Shown here: one piece after another, positions 9,920-20,139 of the stretch
Layout: every line of letters begins with the position of its first letter
Numbering within the stretch: position 1 is the first letter of the stretch
The notes under the pieces: model-generated
What the model was told of the DNA's origin: nothing
Seen by the model: only the letters and a program-made list of their open reading frames with translations
Databases searched by the model: none
Program-made: the position numbers and the translations under genes
IMG/VR virus record: IMGVR_UViG_3300027759_000121
Span: 1-52,309 of that record
Direction: 5' to 3' (one strand)
Length of the DNA stretch: 52,309 bases
Origin: a virus
Taxonomy: Duplodnaviria; Caudoviricetes

Positions 9920-11149
9920 ATGAAGATTATATTAACAGAGACTCAATATAAGGTACTTAACGAAGCGTTAGGAGTACCTGAAGGTATTTTAGATGCCGCA
10001 TCCGATTTATATGAAATAGTTGGGAATTTTATAAAGGGGATTTACGATAAAAGAGAGGAGTATGTTTTTAATCGAAGTGTTGATTTGAATATTTCCGATT
10101 ACCATGTTAATTCACTTGATCTTCATGTTAATGTTGAACACATTCCTGAATATGAGGGGAAACCTGAAATTGCATCAATGGGAATGGGGCAAAATTTTAA
10201 ATACAATAGAAAAATTCAATTAAAAGTCCAATTTTTAGATAAAGAAATAGAATTACATATTACTTTTATTGTTGCCGATGAATGGGAAACTGATGATTTA
10301 TATGAAAGATTTGTACGAGATCGTGTTGAGACTGAATCGACTTTGGCTCATGAACTAAAACATAAATACGACAATCAAAAAAAACAGTTTGAGTTAATTG
10401 GGGATGATGCCGAATACCAAGCCTATTCTAAAGGAAGTCTAAGATTTGGAATACCTGAGATTGATTTAAACTTTATGAGGTACAATTATTATATGCAGGC
10501 GGCAGAGAGTTTGGTTAGACCAACTGAACTTGCTTCTAGAATGAGACAAAAAAAGATTACAAAATCTCAGTTTTTGACTTTCCTTAAAGAAGACCATGCG
10601 TTTAAGGAAATGATAAGAATAAGGGATTATAGTTTTGAAAAATTAATTGATGGTTTAAAAAAAAATATGGATAGGTTAGATGGATTACTTAAACATATTG
10701 GACATTATAATGACGATATGTCTGACGACGAAAAGATTAAATCGGTATTAAATGTAGTTTATATGAATTTAATTAACACTAAAGTTGAGATATTTGATAA
10801 AATGACATCAACACCTTTAGATGATCTTAAAAAGTTATTTGACAGTTTATCTAATGGAGGAAGGACTCCAAAAGACGATGAATTTGAAAATTTACAAAAA
10901 GTAAGACAAAAATTCATCAACTACTTGATTAAGTATGAAAGAAAACCTATTATGTTCTTTAAGGATAGATGTGAACAGTTATCCTACGACGCAGACAAAA
11001 TTATTAAAAAAATAGGTAAACTTTACGCAATGGCAGAAGACGATCAACCAATGAATGAATCCATAATCAATTGGGAACTACATCAGCAACTGATGGAAAA
11101 AAAATACGGTAGAAGAAAAATAGAAACCGAATTTAAATTCAAAAAATAA
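9920..11149 (+). CDS. Leader-bearing protein with zincin-like HExxH motif
   Basis: MKIILTETQ..LNE leader; LAHELKH with downstream acidic residues. Confidence 0.6.
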   Translation: MKIILTETQYKVLNEALGVPEGILDAASDLYEIVGNFIKGIYDKREEYVFNRSVDLNISDYHVNSLDLHVNVEHIPEYEGKPEIASMGMGQNFKYNRKIQLKVQFLDKEIELHITFIVADEWETDDLYERFVRDRVETESTLAHELKHKYDNQKKQFELIGDDAEYQAYSKGSLRFGIPEIDLNFMRYNYYMQAAESLVRPTELASRMRQKKITKSQFLTFLKEDHAFKEMIRIRDYSFEKLIDGLKKNMDRLDGLLKHIGHYNDDMSDDEKIKSVLNVVYMNLINTKVEIFDKMTSTPLDDLKKLFDSLSNGGRTPKDDEFENLQKVRQKFINYLIKYERKPIMFFKDRCEQLSYDADKIIKKIGKLYAMAEDDQPMNESIINWELHQQLMEKKYGRRKIETEFKFKK

Positions 11150-11185
11150 TTTGTCAAATCCAAAATAATTTATTACATTTGTAAG

Positions 11186-11893
11186 GTGAAAAAACCTTGT
11201 AAAGAATGTCCGCATATCATAAAAAACAGTCATAACGATATGATTGTTGATTTCGGTCGCAGAACGGGGAAACAACATAATTGCCATATGACCGAAGGGG
11301 TAAAAGATTTGTGGAACGTTAAAGATAAAAAATTAGAATGTTATGGATCAAAGAGAGATAATTTACGGAGTATGTGATAAAACAGGTGGGTGTGATTCCT
11401 ACTTTGGATTTTTCAAGAATGAGAAAGATGCTGAACATGAAGTTGAAGTTCAAGCCAGCAGACTTAAAGAAGATTTGGGTATGATGGATATTGAAATCCA
11501 ATCAGATCGTGCAACGATAAATGGTAAATTGGTAGTAGTAATTCACAGATACGTATTAAGATGAAAACAAGAGAAACTAAATTTGGAACTTATATAGAAA
11601 TGGAAACAGAAACAAGTACAAAACTAACTGGCGATAAAATCACAAGGTTTGTTGAAAGATTGAAAAAAATTGGAATTGAAGTTAAACTTTCGGGTAATTA
11701 CCCTTGGGTTTATATTGATGAAATATGTGGTATCAGAGTAAAGGAAAGGTTTTTGGGTAATCATGGGTTTACTTTAATCTTTCTTCCAGGAAGAAATGAT
11801 AGTCCACCATCTGAATTTACAGATATTGGAGAAATATTCAAACTAATACGGAAGTACACTGAACAAAAAAATGAAACTTTTAAATCAGAATAA
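11186..11893 (+). CDS. Three small hypothetical proteins (11186-11377 Cys/His-rich, 11343-11564, 11561-11893)
   Basis: Overlapping ORFs behind TACATTTG at 11174; first has PCKECP..CH. Confidence 0.6.
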
Positions 11894-12930
11894 AATGAAA
11901 CAGACAGCAGTAGAATGGTTAGTTGAGCAATTAGGTGAAAACCAACTTAATGGATTATATGTAATTGATACATTGGAAGATGTAAAAAATGTGTTTGAAA
12001 AAGCCAAAGAAATGGAGAAGAAGCAGATTATTGATGCTCATATTGATGGATTTTATAGTCCACCATTTGTTAAGAGTAGAAATGGAGAGGCAACAGATTA
12101 CTACAACAAAACCTTTAAATCAGAATAAGATGAATAAAGAAAGAAATAATCAGATTATTGATGAGGCATATGAATATTATTTAAATAGTTGGTCTGTTGA
12201 GATTGACCCAAATGATGGTAGTGTTTATAGTATAGAACCTATTAAAATAAAACCTCACACTAAAGAGCAATTTAAATACCGACTTAAAACCGACACTTAC
12301 TTCTCAAACAAGTGGGGTAGTAAAAAAACAATACCAATTGGACCTTTTAGTCCTAGAATAGCAAAATTATTTCAAGATGGATTAAATAAATCAGAATAAG
12401 ATGAAACAGTATATACCATACATAGTAATACTACTATTAACATATTTAGTAGCAGGATTTATTCATATGCAGTTTAATCCGCAATATTGGACAAAGGATA
12501 TAAGAGTGGGTATGGTAGGTACTGCTGTCTGTATAATGTTAATATACCCTATAGCAAAGTACATGATAAATGATATGAAGAAATGAAAAAATTAATAGGT
12601 AAAATCCAATGTAAGTTAGGATGGCATAATTGGTCTGCTAAAATACAAGACTATCTAGATGAATTTGGATGTGTTCCAAAAGGATGGGCAGTACCAAAAG
12701 TTGCTAAGTGTAATAGATGTGGTAAAACCTTTAAACCAGAATAAGATGAAAAAACACTTTCACAAATTACCATTTAAGTTTAAACTATGGTGGGCAAAAC
12801 AATTTCTTTATATGTTTAAAGGATTTGGATCAACATTTAATGATGACATTATTTTATATAATGAGTTAAAACTTTGGGTTGAAACAAAAGGAAAACCAAC
12901 AAGTAAAAACCTTTAAATCAAAATAAGGTG
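11873..12930 (+). repeat. Five copies of a stop/start junction repeat, consensus AAAACCTTTAAATCAGAATAAGATG, linking small ORFs
   Basis: Copies at 11873-11897, 12108-12132, 12387-12403, 12724-12748, 12906-12930. Confidence 0.85.
11895..12916 (+). CDS. Five small cassette ORFs (11895-12128, 12130-12399, 12401-12586, 12583-12744, 12746-12916)
   Basis: Starts set by the junction ATG; 12583-12744 (MKKLIGKIQCKLGWHNW..CNRCGKTFKPE, Zn-finger-like) is missing from the ORF track. Confidence 0.7.
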
Positions 12931-13122
12931 GAAGAGGATCAAAAAAATGGATTGTATGGTATTGATTAATAAATAATGTGTATATTTGTGGTATGAAATA
13001 TTTAGGAATTGGATTAATTTATATTGGTTTCTTTGGATTGATAGGAACCGCAATTTACTTTACCAAAAACGCAAATTGTTTATGGGCGTTATTATTAACG
13101 CCAAATTTAAAAATAAAAAAAA

Positions 13123-14256
13123 ATGGAAAACCAAAATAGTGTATGTTATGTTGGTGTAATCGGAGAGGTTAAACCAATAGAAGGGGCGGACAACATAGAA
13201 TTGGTGACTGTTGGTGGGTGGAATGCCATAACCAAAAAGGGTGAATACCAGATTGGTGATAAAATGGTTGTTGCAACCACAGATGCGGTAATACCACAAC
13301 CATTATCTGACTTGATGGAAGTTACCAACTACCTTCGTAAAGGTCAAAGAGTTCGTACAGTAAAACTTCGTGGAGTTTACTCTGAGTGTTTGTTAATACC
13401 ATTCAAATACTTGGTACCAAAATCATTGGAGAACAACGTTAATGAAGGTAATGATATGATGACAATACTTGGGATAACTAAGTATGAACCACCTGTTAAA
13501 ACCGTTCAGTTGAGTGTTGGGGGACGTAAAGTAAAATACCACCAAAACCCTAACTTCAAAGTGTATTACAAGTTCCCTAACCAAAAGAACGTACCTGATA
13601 TGTTTAGTGAGGAAGATGAGGTTGTTATAACTCGTAAGTTACACGGAACTAATGCTCGTTACGGAATAGTTAGAAAGAAAAAACTTTCTTTGTGGGATCG
13701 TGTTAAAATGTTATTTGGCAATCAATGGGCGGCGTTTGAATATGTATATGGTTCTCACAATGTTGAAAAAGGATCTGACTCTCAAGGATTCTATAACACT
13801 GATGTGTGGAAGACTGTTGCAAACACCTATAACATAAGAGGTAAATTGTGGGATCACGTAAAAGATACTTACGAACCATCTGTATTAACTGAAGGTGTTG
13901 TAATCTATGGTGAGATATATGGTGCGGGTATACAAAAAAATTACGAATACGGTTTGACTGATGTTAAATTCGCGGGGTTTGATGTTGAAGTTGATGGTGA
14001 GTACCAACCTTATATAAACGAAACTGTACACTTTGATTGTCTACAATTACCACAGGTTGAAGTATTGTGTCGTGGTAAATGGGATAAGGGAATACAAGAT
14101 AATTTTGTGTTTGATAATTTCATAGAGGGAACTAAAGTACCACACGAAGGTATAGTTGTAAAATCTGTAACAGGTGTTCGCAATAAAGTGAGTAAGGTGA
14201 TAAACCCTGGATATTTAATTTATGGTGAAAAACATAATGTTGGTGACTCCCATTAA
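13123..14256 (+). CDS. ATP-dependent RNA ligase, DRB0094 (Rnl5) type
   Basis: N-terminal OB module (IEGADNIE, KLRGVYSE), motif I KLHGTN, YGEIYG, FDV, EGIVVK. Confidence 0.88.
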   Translation: MENQNSVCYVGVIGEVKPIEGADNIELVTVGGWNAITKKGEYQIGDKMVVATTDAVIPQPLSDLMEVTNYLRKGQRVRTVKLRGVYSECLLIPFKYLVPKSLENNVNEGNDMMTILGITKYEPPVKTVQLSVGGRKVKYHQNPNFKVYYKFPNQKNVPDMFSEEDEVVITRKLHGTNARYGIVRKKKLSLWDRVKMLFGNQWAAFEYVYGSHNVEKGSDSQGFYNTDVWKTVANTYNIRGKLWDHVKDTYEPSVLTEGVVIYGEIYGAGIQKNYEYGLTDVKFAGFDVEVDGEYQPYINETVHFDCLQLPQVEVLCRGKWDKGIQDNFVFDNFIEGTKVPHEGIVVKSVTGVRNKVSKVINPGYLIYGEKHNVGDSH

Positions 14257-14294
14257 CTTGATGGGATCACTTTTTTTACTTATTATTAAATAAA

Positions 14295-14504
14295 ATGAAT
14301 CAGGAATTAAACACATTTGCATTCTTTTCAAAGAACCTTTTATTTTACGCCATCATGATATGCGTAGAGAATGATTTTAATCCACTTAATTGGTGGTTAT
14401 TCAGTGGGTTCTTTCAAATAGCAATAACGATACTCTTTGAATTATACATACTTGGAACATCATTAGAAGAAAAAAATATAGAAAATGGGAATAAAGAAAA
14501 TTAA
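14295..14504 (+). CDS. Small membrane protein
   Basis: Two hydrophobic segments. Confidence 0.5.
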   Translation: MNQELNTFAFFSKNLLFYAIMICVENDFNPLNWWLFSGFFQIAITILFELYILGTSLEEKNIENGNKEN

Positions 14505-15444
14505 AAAAGAAAACGATCCGATTAACGTTAGTTTAATTGATTTAATGGGTAATTTGGACACTAGCGGCACTAAAAAGTACACTCAATTTTTGGTTAAAAC
14601 ACTTAGAAAAAATTACGATGCTGATATTAAATACGTGGTAAAAGACAATTCAAGCGGAGTAAGAAAAATTGATGAGATTTTAGGTGACGATAGTTTTAAT
14701 AGTTGGTTGACAAAAAGATTGATTAGTCAGTTATATGGGTGGGATGAAATGCATTTATTTGTTGATTTTTGTGACTTTATGGAAAGAGGTTTAGTTAATG
14801 AAAAAGACATTAGTAAATACGATAGTTGGGATATGGTCGCAAGTGAGGTTTATATGGCTAAGAATCGTGATTTATTTAAAAAGGGAAAAAAAGAAGTTAA
14901 AGTTGTTTATGAGGATGATCAATATTTATGTATCAAACCATTAACATATTCGGCTTCTGTATCGTATGGTTATCAAACAAGATGGTGTACCGCTTCTGTT
15001 TCAGATAAGAGTTATTTCTACAATCACTCAAGAGATGGTATACTTATATATGTAATTGATAAAATCAATAATAATAAATTTGGATTTTATCATAATCAAC
15101 ACCAAATTCAAATATATAACCAAAAAGATGATAGAGTGGATTCAATTGAAACAGGATTACCATTCGAATTATTAAATAGGTTGATTGGTGAAATGAAATC
15201 TGAGGCTAAAGATGAAAAATTTAACTATAAATTATTTAGTGAAAGTGAATTGAAAGAAATGGGAATATATCGACACCAAGAACCGATTCCAGTACGAATG
15301 GAAGAAATGATGATGGAGGAACCAATGACTGAAAATGAAATGACAGAGGAAATACAAACACGTATAGTTGATATAGGTCATCATCTGGATAGTATTAGAG
15401 GTGGATTGAGACCAATAAACCCACTTGGTGATGATTTACCATAA
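14485..15444 (+). CDS. Conserved phage hypothetical protein
   Basis: 319-aa ORF with KPLTYSAS..YG..TRWCT motif. Confidence 0.6.
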   Translation: MGIKKIKKENDPINVSLIDLMGNLDTSGTKKYTQFLVKTLRKNYDADIKYVVKDNSSGVRKIDEILGDDSFNSWLTKRLISQLYGWDEMHLFVDFCDFMERGLVNEKDISKYDSWDMVASEVYMAKNRDLFKKGKKEVKVVYEDDQYLCIKPLTYSASVSYGYQTRWCTASVSDKSYFYNHSRDGILIYVIDKINNNKFGFYHNQHQIQIYNQKDDRVDSIETGLPFELLNRLIGEMKSEAKDEKFNYKLFSESELKEMGIYRHQEPIPVRMEEMMMEEPMTENEMTEEIQTRIVDIGHHLDSIRGGLRPINPLGDDLP

Positions 15445-15521
15445 TAAAATATATATGTTGTAAAATACACTTGACATAACTAAAAAAAACGTTTATACTT
15501 TAATACGAAAAGAAAATTATT

Positions 15522-15956
15522 ATGAATATTAGACAAGCACTTAAGGAAAAAAATAAAATCGTAAAAGAGATTTCCGATAACACAAGAAAACTTCAAGAAT
15601 ATAATTCTGTTGAAGTTGGGAATAAAAGACCATATTCACCAATACTTTTATGTGGTGATATTGAAAGGTTAACCAAAAGTTTGATTGAATTAAAATGTAG
15701 AATACATAGAGCAAATTTACCTGTATTTGAGTTAATTTTTGAAATGTCGGAACTAAAATCAAATGCTAAGGCGTTGGCAAAAATGGATTGTTCGGAAGGT
15801 AAATCAAACAAAGATCGTTACCGTATGGATAGCGAATCTGTAAAGGAAAGTGAAATCTCAATTAGAGAAAGAGACGAAATGATTAAAGATCTTGAAGATA
15901 GAATTGAGGAGATCCAAGATGCGTTGGATATGCATAACACAATGACCGTAATTTGA
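15522..15956 (+). CDS. Coiled-coil protein, DIP1984/DUF6847-like
   Basis: MNIRQAL start, LK..IH.AN, IQDALD.HN..T.I end. Confidence 0.6.
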   Translation: MNIRQALKEKNKIVKEISDNTRKLQEYNSVEVGNKRPYSPILLCGDIERLTKSLIELKCRIHRANLPVFELIFEMSELKSNAKALAKMDCSEGKSNKDRYRMDSESVKESEISIRERDEMIKDLEDRIEEIQDALDMHNTMTVI

Positions 15957-16132
15957 TTTGAGGATAAGTTTGATTGAGAATCTATTTACTTCTAGAAAGC
16001 CGACTGGCTCGATACTTGATATTGATAATGAAAGTCCCAAACTCAAAATATTCAACTGTAGAACAATCATAACTTTTTAAACTTTAAAAATCTGTTAAAC
16101 TTTAGATACTGAATCTACTTTGAATCAAATCA
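15957..16132 (+). ncRNA. Candidate structured 3' RNA
   Basis: About 175 nt without a + strand ORF, bracketed by tgatttga/tcaaatca, before terminator at 16137-16163. Confidence 0.35.
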
Positions 16133-16289
16133 TATAAAACCCTCACTTTGGTGGGGGTTTTTTATTTAAAATTAATTTACTATATTTGCAATATGGTAGG
16201 ACTTATACTTTTTTTGTTAATCATAACGATCTCTATTTTTATAGGGAAAATCAATAAAGATAAGGACCACCCATTCAATAAATTCTTAA

Positions 16290-16565
16290 ATGATAGGGAA
16301 AAATAAAATATATGTTATTTTAAATTTTTTGGACACACATTATGGTGACTTAGTGTGTAGCCCAAAAAATCTTTGTTATCATAAAGAAGGTGAGGTTTAT
16401 TTTAGATTTAACTTAAAAGATAAAATTATTTTTTTAGAGTATAAAAATTTTATCCAACCAATATGTAAAGCGTTGAATATAAAAGAAGATATGTTAAATG
16501 ATCTTTATGAAGTAATTAAAGAATGGATTGAATATGTTTTTAAAATTGAAGGAGAAATAATGTAA
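16290..16565 (+). CDS. Hypothetical protein
   Basis: ORF in packed operon. Confidence 0.5.
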   Translation: MIGKNKIYVILNFLDTHYGDLVCSPKNLCYHKEGEVYFRFNLKDKIIFLEYKNFIQPICKALNIKEDMLNDLYEVIKEWIEYVFKIEGEIM

Positions 16566-16567
16566 TT

Positions 16568-17152
16568 ATGAAAGTATTGATGTTAGATAACGATGGTGTA
16601 ATTTGTCTCTCCAACAATTGGGGTGGGCGAAAAAAGAAATGGTCAAAGTATCGTTCAGCAAATCCAGACTCAAGTAAGGAACTTAAAGATGCTCCTGTTG
16701 AATATCGTTTTGACGACTTCGATAAAAAGGCAATCAAAATCCTTAATGAAATACTTGAAGAAACAGGTGCTGAAATTGTTGTGTCATCAGATTGGAAATT
16801 ACACGCAACTCTTGAAGAACTTGGTGACTACTACGAAAGTCAGGGGATTATCAAACGACCAATTGCATTGACACCAAACATACAACATTGTACCGTTCAC
16901 GGTAACGGTTTTATATGGTCACCACAATGGGATTTAGAACAAACACGAACTATTGAAATAAAACAATACCTACACGATCATCCTGAGGTTACACATTGGG
17001 TTTCGGTTGATGATTTGAATATGGGAAAAAATGGGGAGCCTTGGAAAGATTGTTGGGCAATAGATAATTTTGTATTAACACCAAAATCAAGTGAAGGTAT
17101 TAAACAATCTGGGATCAAAGAAAAAATATTAAAATTTTTAAAAAATGACTAA
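16568..17152 (+). CDS. HAD phosphatase, Swiss-army-knife RNA-repair type
   Basis: LDNDGV, IVVSSDW, EI..YL, SVDD motifs. Confidence 0.85.
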   Translation: MKVLMLDNDGVICLSNNWGGRKKKWSKYRSANPDSSKELKDAPVEYRFDDFDKKAIKILNEILEETGAEIVVSSDWKLHATLEELGDYYESQGIIKRPIALTPNIQHCTVHGNGFIWSPQWDLEQTRTIEIKQYLHDHPEVTHWVSVDDLNMGKNGEPWKDCWAIDNFVLTPKSSEGIKQSGIKEKILKFLKND

Positions 17153-17531
17153 AGAGGAAATGAATACATACCTTGAGTCCATAGGTGGACTTGAGAATGG
17201 GTTTTTCACAGATAGACCCCCAATTACCAACTGCGGGTTCTTTGATGTTGATAGTGGTTGGTATCCACTAATTAAAGATCTAATTGACGATCTAATAAAA
17301 CTTGGGTGGGATAAACAGGTGTGTCAGGTTAAAGAAAAGTTTGGTGGATTAAGATTTTACATCAATTCAGGACCCAATGAAATTTTTGCAAGAATAACAT
17401 TGGCTGAAAATAAAAGTCATGAGATTTGTGAAACCTGTGGTGAAAAGGGGGAAATGAGAACAGATCTTGGTTGGTATAGAACATTATGTAATAAACACTA
17501 TGAAGAGCGTAAGTCAAATATTCCGGGGTAA
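17145..17531 (+). CDS. Conserved phage protein with C-terminal Zn ribbon
   Basis: GWYPLI, QVKEKFGGLRFY, CETCG..LC..H. Confidence 0.7.
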   Translation: MTKEEMNTYLESIGGLENGFFTDRPPITNCGFFDVDSGWYPLIKDLIDDLIKLGWDKQVCQVKEKFGGLRFYINSGPNEIFARITLAENKSHEICETCGEKGEMRTDLGWYRTLCNKHYEERKSNIPG

Positions 17532-18682
17532 TGAACATTTAATGGATTTAAGTCCGGTTGAAGAGTTAATTGATTACACAAGAGAACTTGAGGAAATTGT
17601 ACTTGAAAGAAAAATTGAGGATTCATATGATAAAGAACATATGTTAAGATCCATGTTATTGGATATATTAACAAGTTGTCGTGATATGGAAGAAACAAAC
17701 CAATTATCAGAAAGATATCCTGATATGTATGAAAAATGTGATGCCGAATCTTTAGTTAAAAATTTAAAGATTTATATTATGGATATGAATCGTAAAAATG
17801 ATTTAAGGTTATGAATAAGATTAGTTTAAGTGAAAATTGTTTTGGTGTAGATGTTGAGATAAATGATGAATCATTATTTACTCATGAATATGATAATAGG
17901 AGTCCTGAGATGATTAATGATTTGCAGGATAAATTGATTGATAACCTAAGGTCAATAAAAAATAAATTAAGTATGGATGATTGGACAGAAATTGTTCAGT
18001 TGATTATTAGCCACGGAGATGAGTTTGAATACGATGTTGAAAATTCAACGGAGGATAAACCTTGTGAACAGTGTGGTAATTGGAATCATAATCATATATA
18101 TAACAAAAAAAAAAATGACTAAAGTAAAATTATTTGTAATTGATGAGAAACCTTATCTTGGATCAACAGAAGAGATTTTTGTTGGTGATGATGCAATTGT
18201 AACAGTAAACGGGCAATACCCAATGATCGTTAAATGTGAAAACGAAATCGTATTAAATTTGATTAAGGATCCTAAATTAAGTTTAACTCGAAGTTTTAAG
18301 ATTCATGCAAGACCCGAAAAATTAAATTTAACTCCTGAAGACATTGATAGAATATTATCTAATGATGAAGGACTATGTGAGGTTGAAAATTTTGAAGGTA
18401 GTATTAGGTTTATTTAAAAAAAAATCATATCTTTGATAAAAATAGGGTATGATAAAAAAAGCTGAAATATTGAGTCAAGAGTTTAAGGTTACATTTGCAC
18501 AAGATGCTGACTGTGTTACCTCAGAAGATCAATTCTTAACAATCAAGACTGATAATGGTGGTGGTGGTGACTTTTTTGTTATTGAAACAGAAAGGTGGGC
18601 ATTTGATTCTGTTGATGAGTTGGTTGAGATATTCAATACATTCAAGGAGAAACACGAAAAAATCAAAGAAGAAAAGTTATGA
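17500..18682 (+). CDS. Four hypothetical proteins (about 17500-17814, 17811-18122, 18115-18417, 18449-18682)
   Basis: Overlapping ORFs in operon arrangement. Confidence 0.6.
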
Positions 18683-18785
18683 AAAAATAAAACTATTACT
18701 TAACTTCACTGAGGTTGGAGATTTCTATATGTTGTATGTATTCAAAAAAAGAACCCAACTTTATTGTATTACCCAAACAGTTTAG
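18679..18785 (+). pseudogene. Probable frameshifted gene remnant
   Basis: ATG AAA AAA TAA stops at once, while LLNFTEVGDFYMLYVFKK continues in another frame with no start of its own. Confidence 0.4.
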
Positions 18786-18788
18786 ACA

Positions 18789-19652
18789 ATGAATAATAAA
18801 GAACTAAAGAAAAAAGAATGTTTGTTTGAGATCGCCGATGATTACACCAATGGTATGGACATATATAATCATAATGGATCTTTTTGGTTGATTAACACCA
18901 AAGAATTAAAATGGATGATTGAATTTACTAAAGATAAAACATTGTGGTATAATTACAATGTTTTTAAATCTTTATTTAAAGCAATGTCTTTGGATGTTAT
19001 GAAAAATCAAGAATATATTACCGAATGGTTTGAGTCAAGATTTCTTAAACCTGAGGTGGTTGAAGATACCATTCAAAATGGGGCGAAGTATACCCGATGT
19101 AGCCAACATTCTTATTGTTTATTGGTTGAAGATACCATTCAAAATGGGGCGAAGTATACCCAACCAAATATCCACTCTACCCTCAGTATTGTTGAGAATA
19201 CCATTCAAAATGGGGTGAAACACACCGATCACTCGTGCGATAACATCACCAGAGGTGTTGAAGATACCATTCAAAATGGGGTTAAGCGCACCGTACCTGA
19301 ATCAATTGCCGATTCATTCGCTATTGAAGACACCATTCAAAATGGGGTGAAACACACCATTCAAGGAACAAATTGTGTAAACACAGATGTTGAAGATACC
19401 ATTCAAAATGGAGTGAAACACATCTTTAATAGAACCCGACCAGACAATTTTGACGTTGAAGACACCATTCAAAATGGGGTAAAAGAAACTGAATTGCACA
19501 AAGGAGTTAGACCGTTGGCCGTTAATGACACCATACAAAATGGGGTGAAACACACCCAACGTCGTCTTTTTTCTTTTTGTTGTAGTGTTGAAGACACCAT
19601 TCAAAATGGTAGAAAACAAGATGTGTGGAATGAACACTTAAATAAAAAATAG
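18789..19652 (+). CDS. Protein with about 90-aa N-terminal domain and nine 22-aa units (VEDTIQNGVKHT + 10 variable residues)
   Basis: 287-aa uninterrupted ORF spanning the repeat-spacer array. Confidence 0.75.
   Translation: MNNKELKKKECLFEIADDYTNGMDIYNHNGSFWLINTKELKWMIEFTKDKTLWYNYNVFKSLFKAMSLDVMKNQEYITEWFESRFLKPEVVEDTIQNGAKYTRCSQHSYCLLVEDTIQNGAKYTQPNIHSTLSIVENTIQNGVKHTDHSCDNITRGVEDTIQNGVKRTVPESIADSFAIEDTIQNGVKHTIQGTNCVNTDVEDTIQNGVKHIFNRTRPDNFDVEDTIQNGVKETELHKGVRPLAVNDTIQNGVKHTQRRLFSFCCSVEDTIQNGRKQDVWNEHLNKK
19059..19622. CRISPR. CRISPR-like array: 9 x 36-nt repeats (GTTGAAGATACCATTCAAAATGGGGTGAAACACACC) and 8 x 30-nt unique spacers, inside a CDS, no cas gene in window
   Basis: Repeat starts 19059, 19125, 19191, 19257, 19323, 19389, 19455, 19521, 19587 (period 66); internal palindrome CCATT-CAA-AATGG; last repeat degenerate. 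Confidence 0.7.
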
Positions 19653-19664
19653 TATATTTGTAAT

Positions 19665-20075
19665 ATGGAAAAAGTTAAAATTTATCTAGATGATGTAAGA
19701 ACACCAGTTGATCCAAGTTGGATCGTTGTTCGTTCTTACGACGAGTTCGTCCAAAAGATAAACTCAATTGGGTTGGAGAATATTGAATTGATATCGTTGG
19801 ATCACGATTTGGGTGACAGTGCAATGAATGAATGGTTGTATGGTGTTGTAAAAAACTACGTAATAAATTACGATAACATCACAGAGAAAACAGGTATGGA
19901 TTGTACCAAATGGTTGGTTAATCAATGGTTAGATGGTAAACCTGTGGTGGAAGTTGTGGTTCACTCAGCAAATGCCGTAGGTAGTGGTAATATGATGGGA
20001 TACATCAACAATTACAGACACTTAGGTAGATTACCTCAGAATTGTATAAGAGTGCAAATAGAACACACGGTATAG
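19665..20075 (+). CDS. Cyclic-phosphate-processing receiver-domain protein
   Basis: IYLDDVR, ISLDHDLG, TGMDC, VHSAN motifs. Confidence 0.82.
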   Translation: MEKVKIYLDDVRTPVDPSWIVVRSYDEFVQKINSIGLENIELISLDHDLGDSAMNEWLYGVVKNYVINYDNITEKTGMDCTKWLVNQWLDGKPVVEVVVHSANAVGSGNMMGYINNYRHLGRLPQNCIRVQIEHTV

Positions 20076-20139
20076 ATATGTGTAGGATTAAAATAGAAGA
20101 AGGTAACAAAGTAAAATCAATAACATTTAAAACAATCGA

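Noticed and set aside
11873-12930. Junction repeats as a CRISPR array
   Set aside because: Spacing is irregular (about 180-340 nt) and each interval holds whole genes
19314-19637. Antisense ORF over the array
   Set aside because: Probably a by-product of the 66-nt period; no independent support
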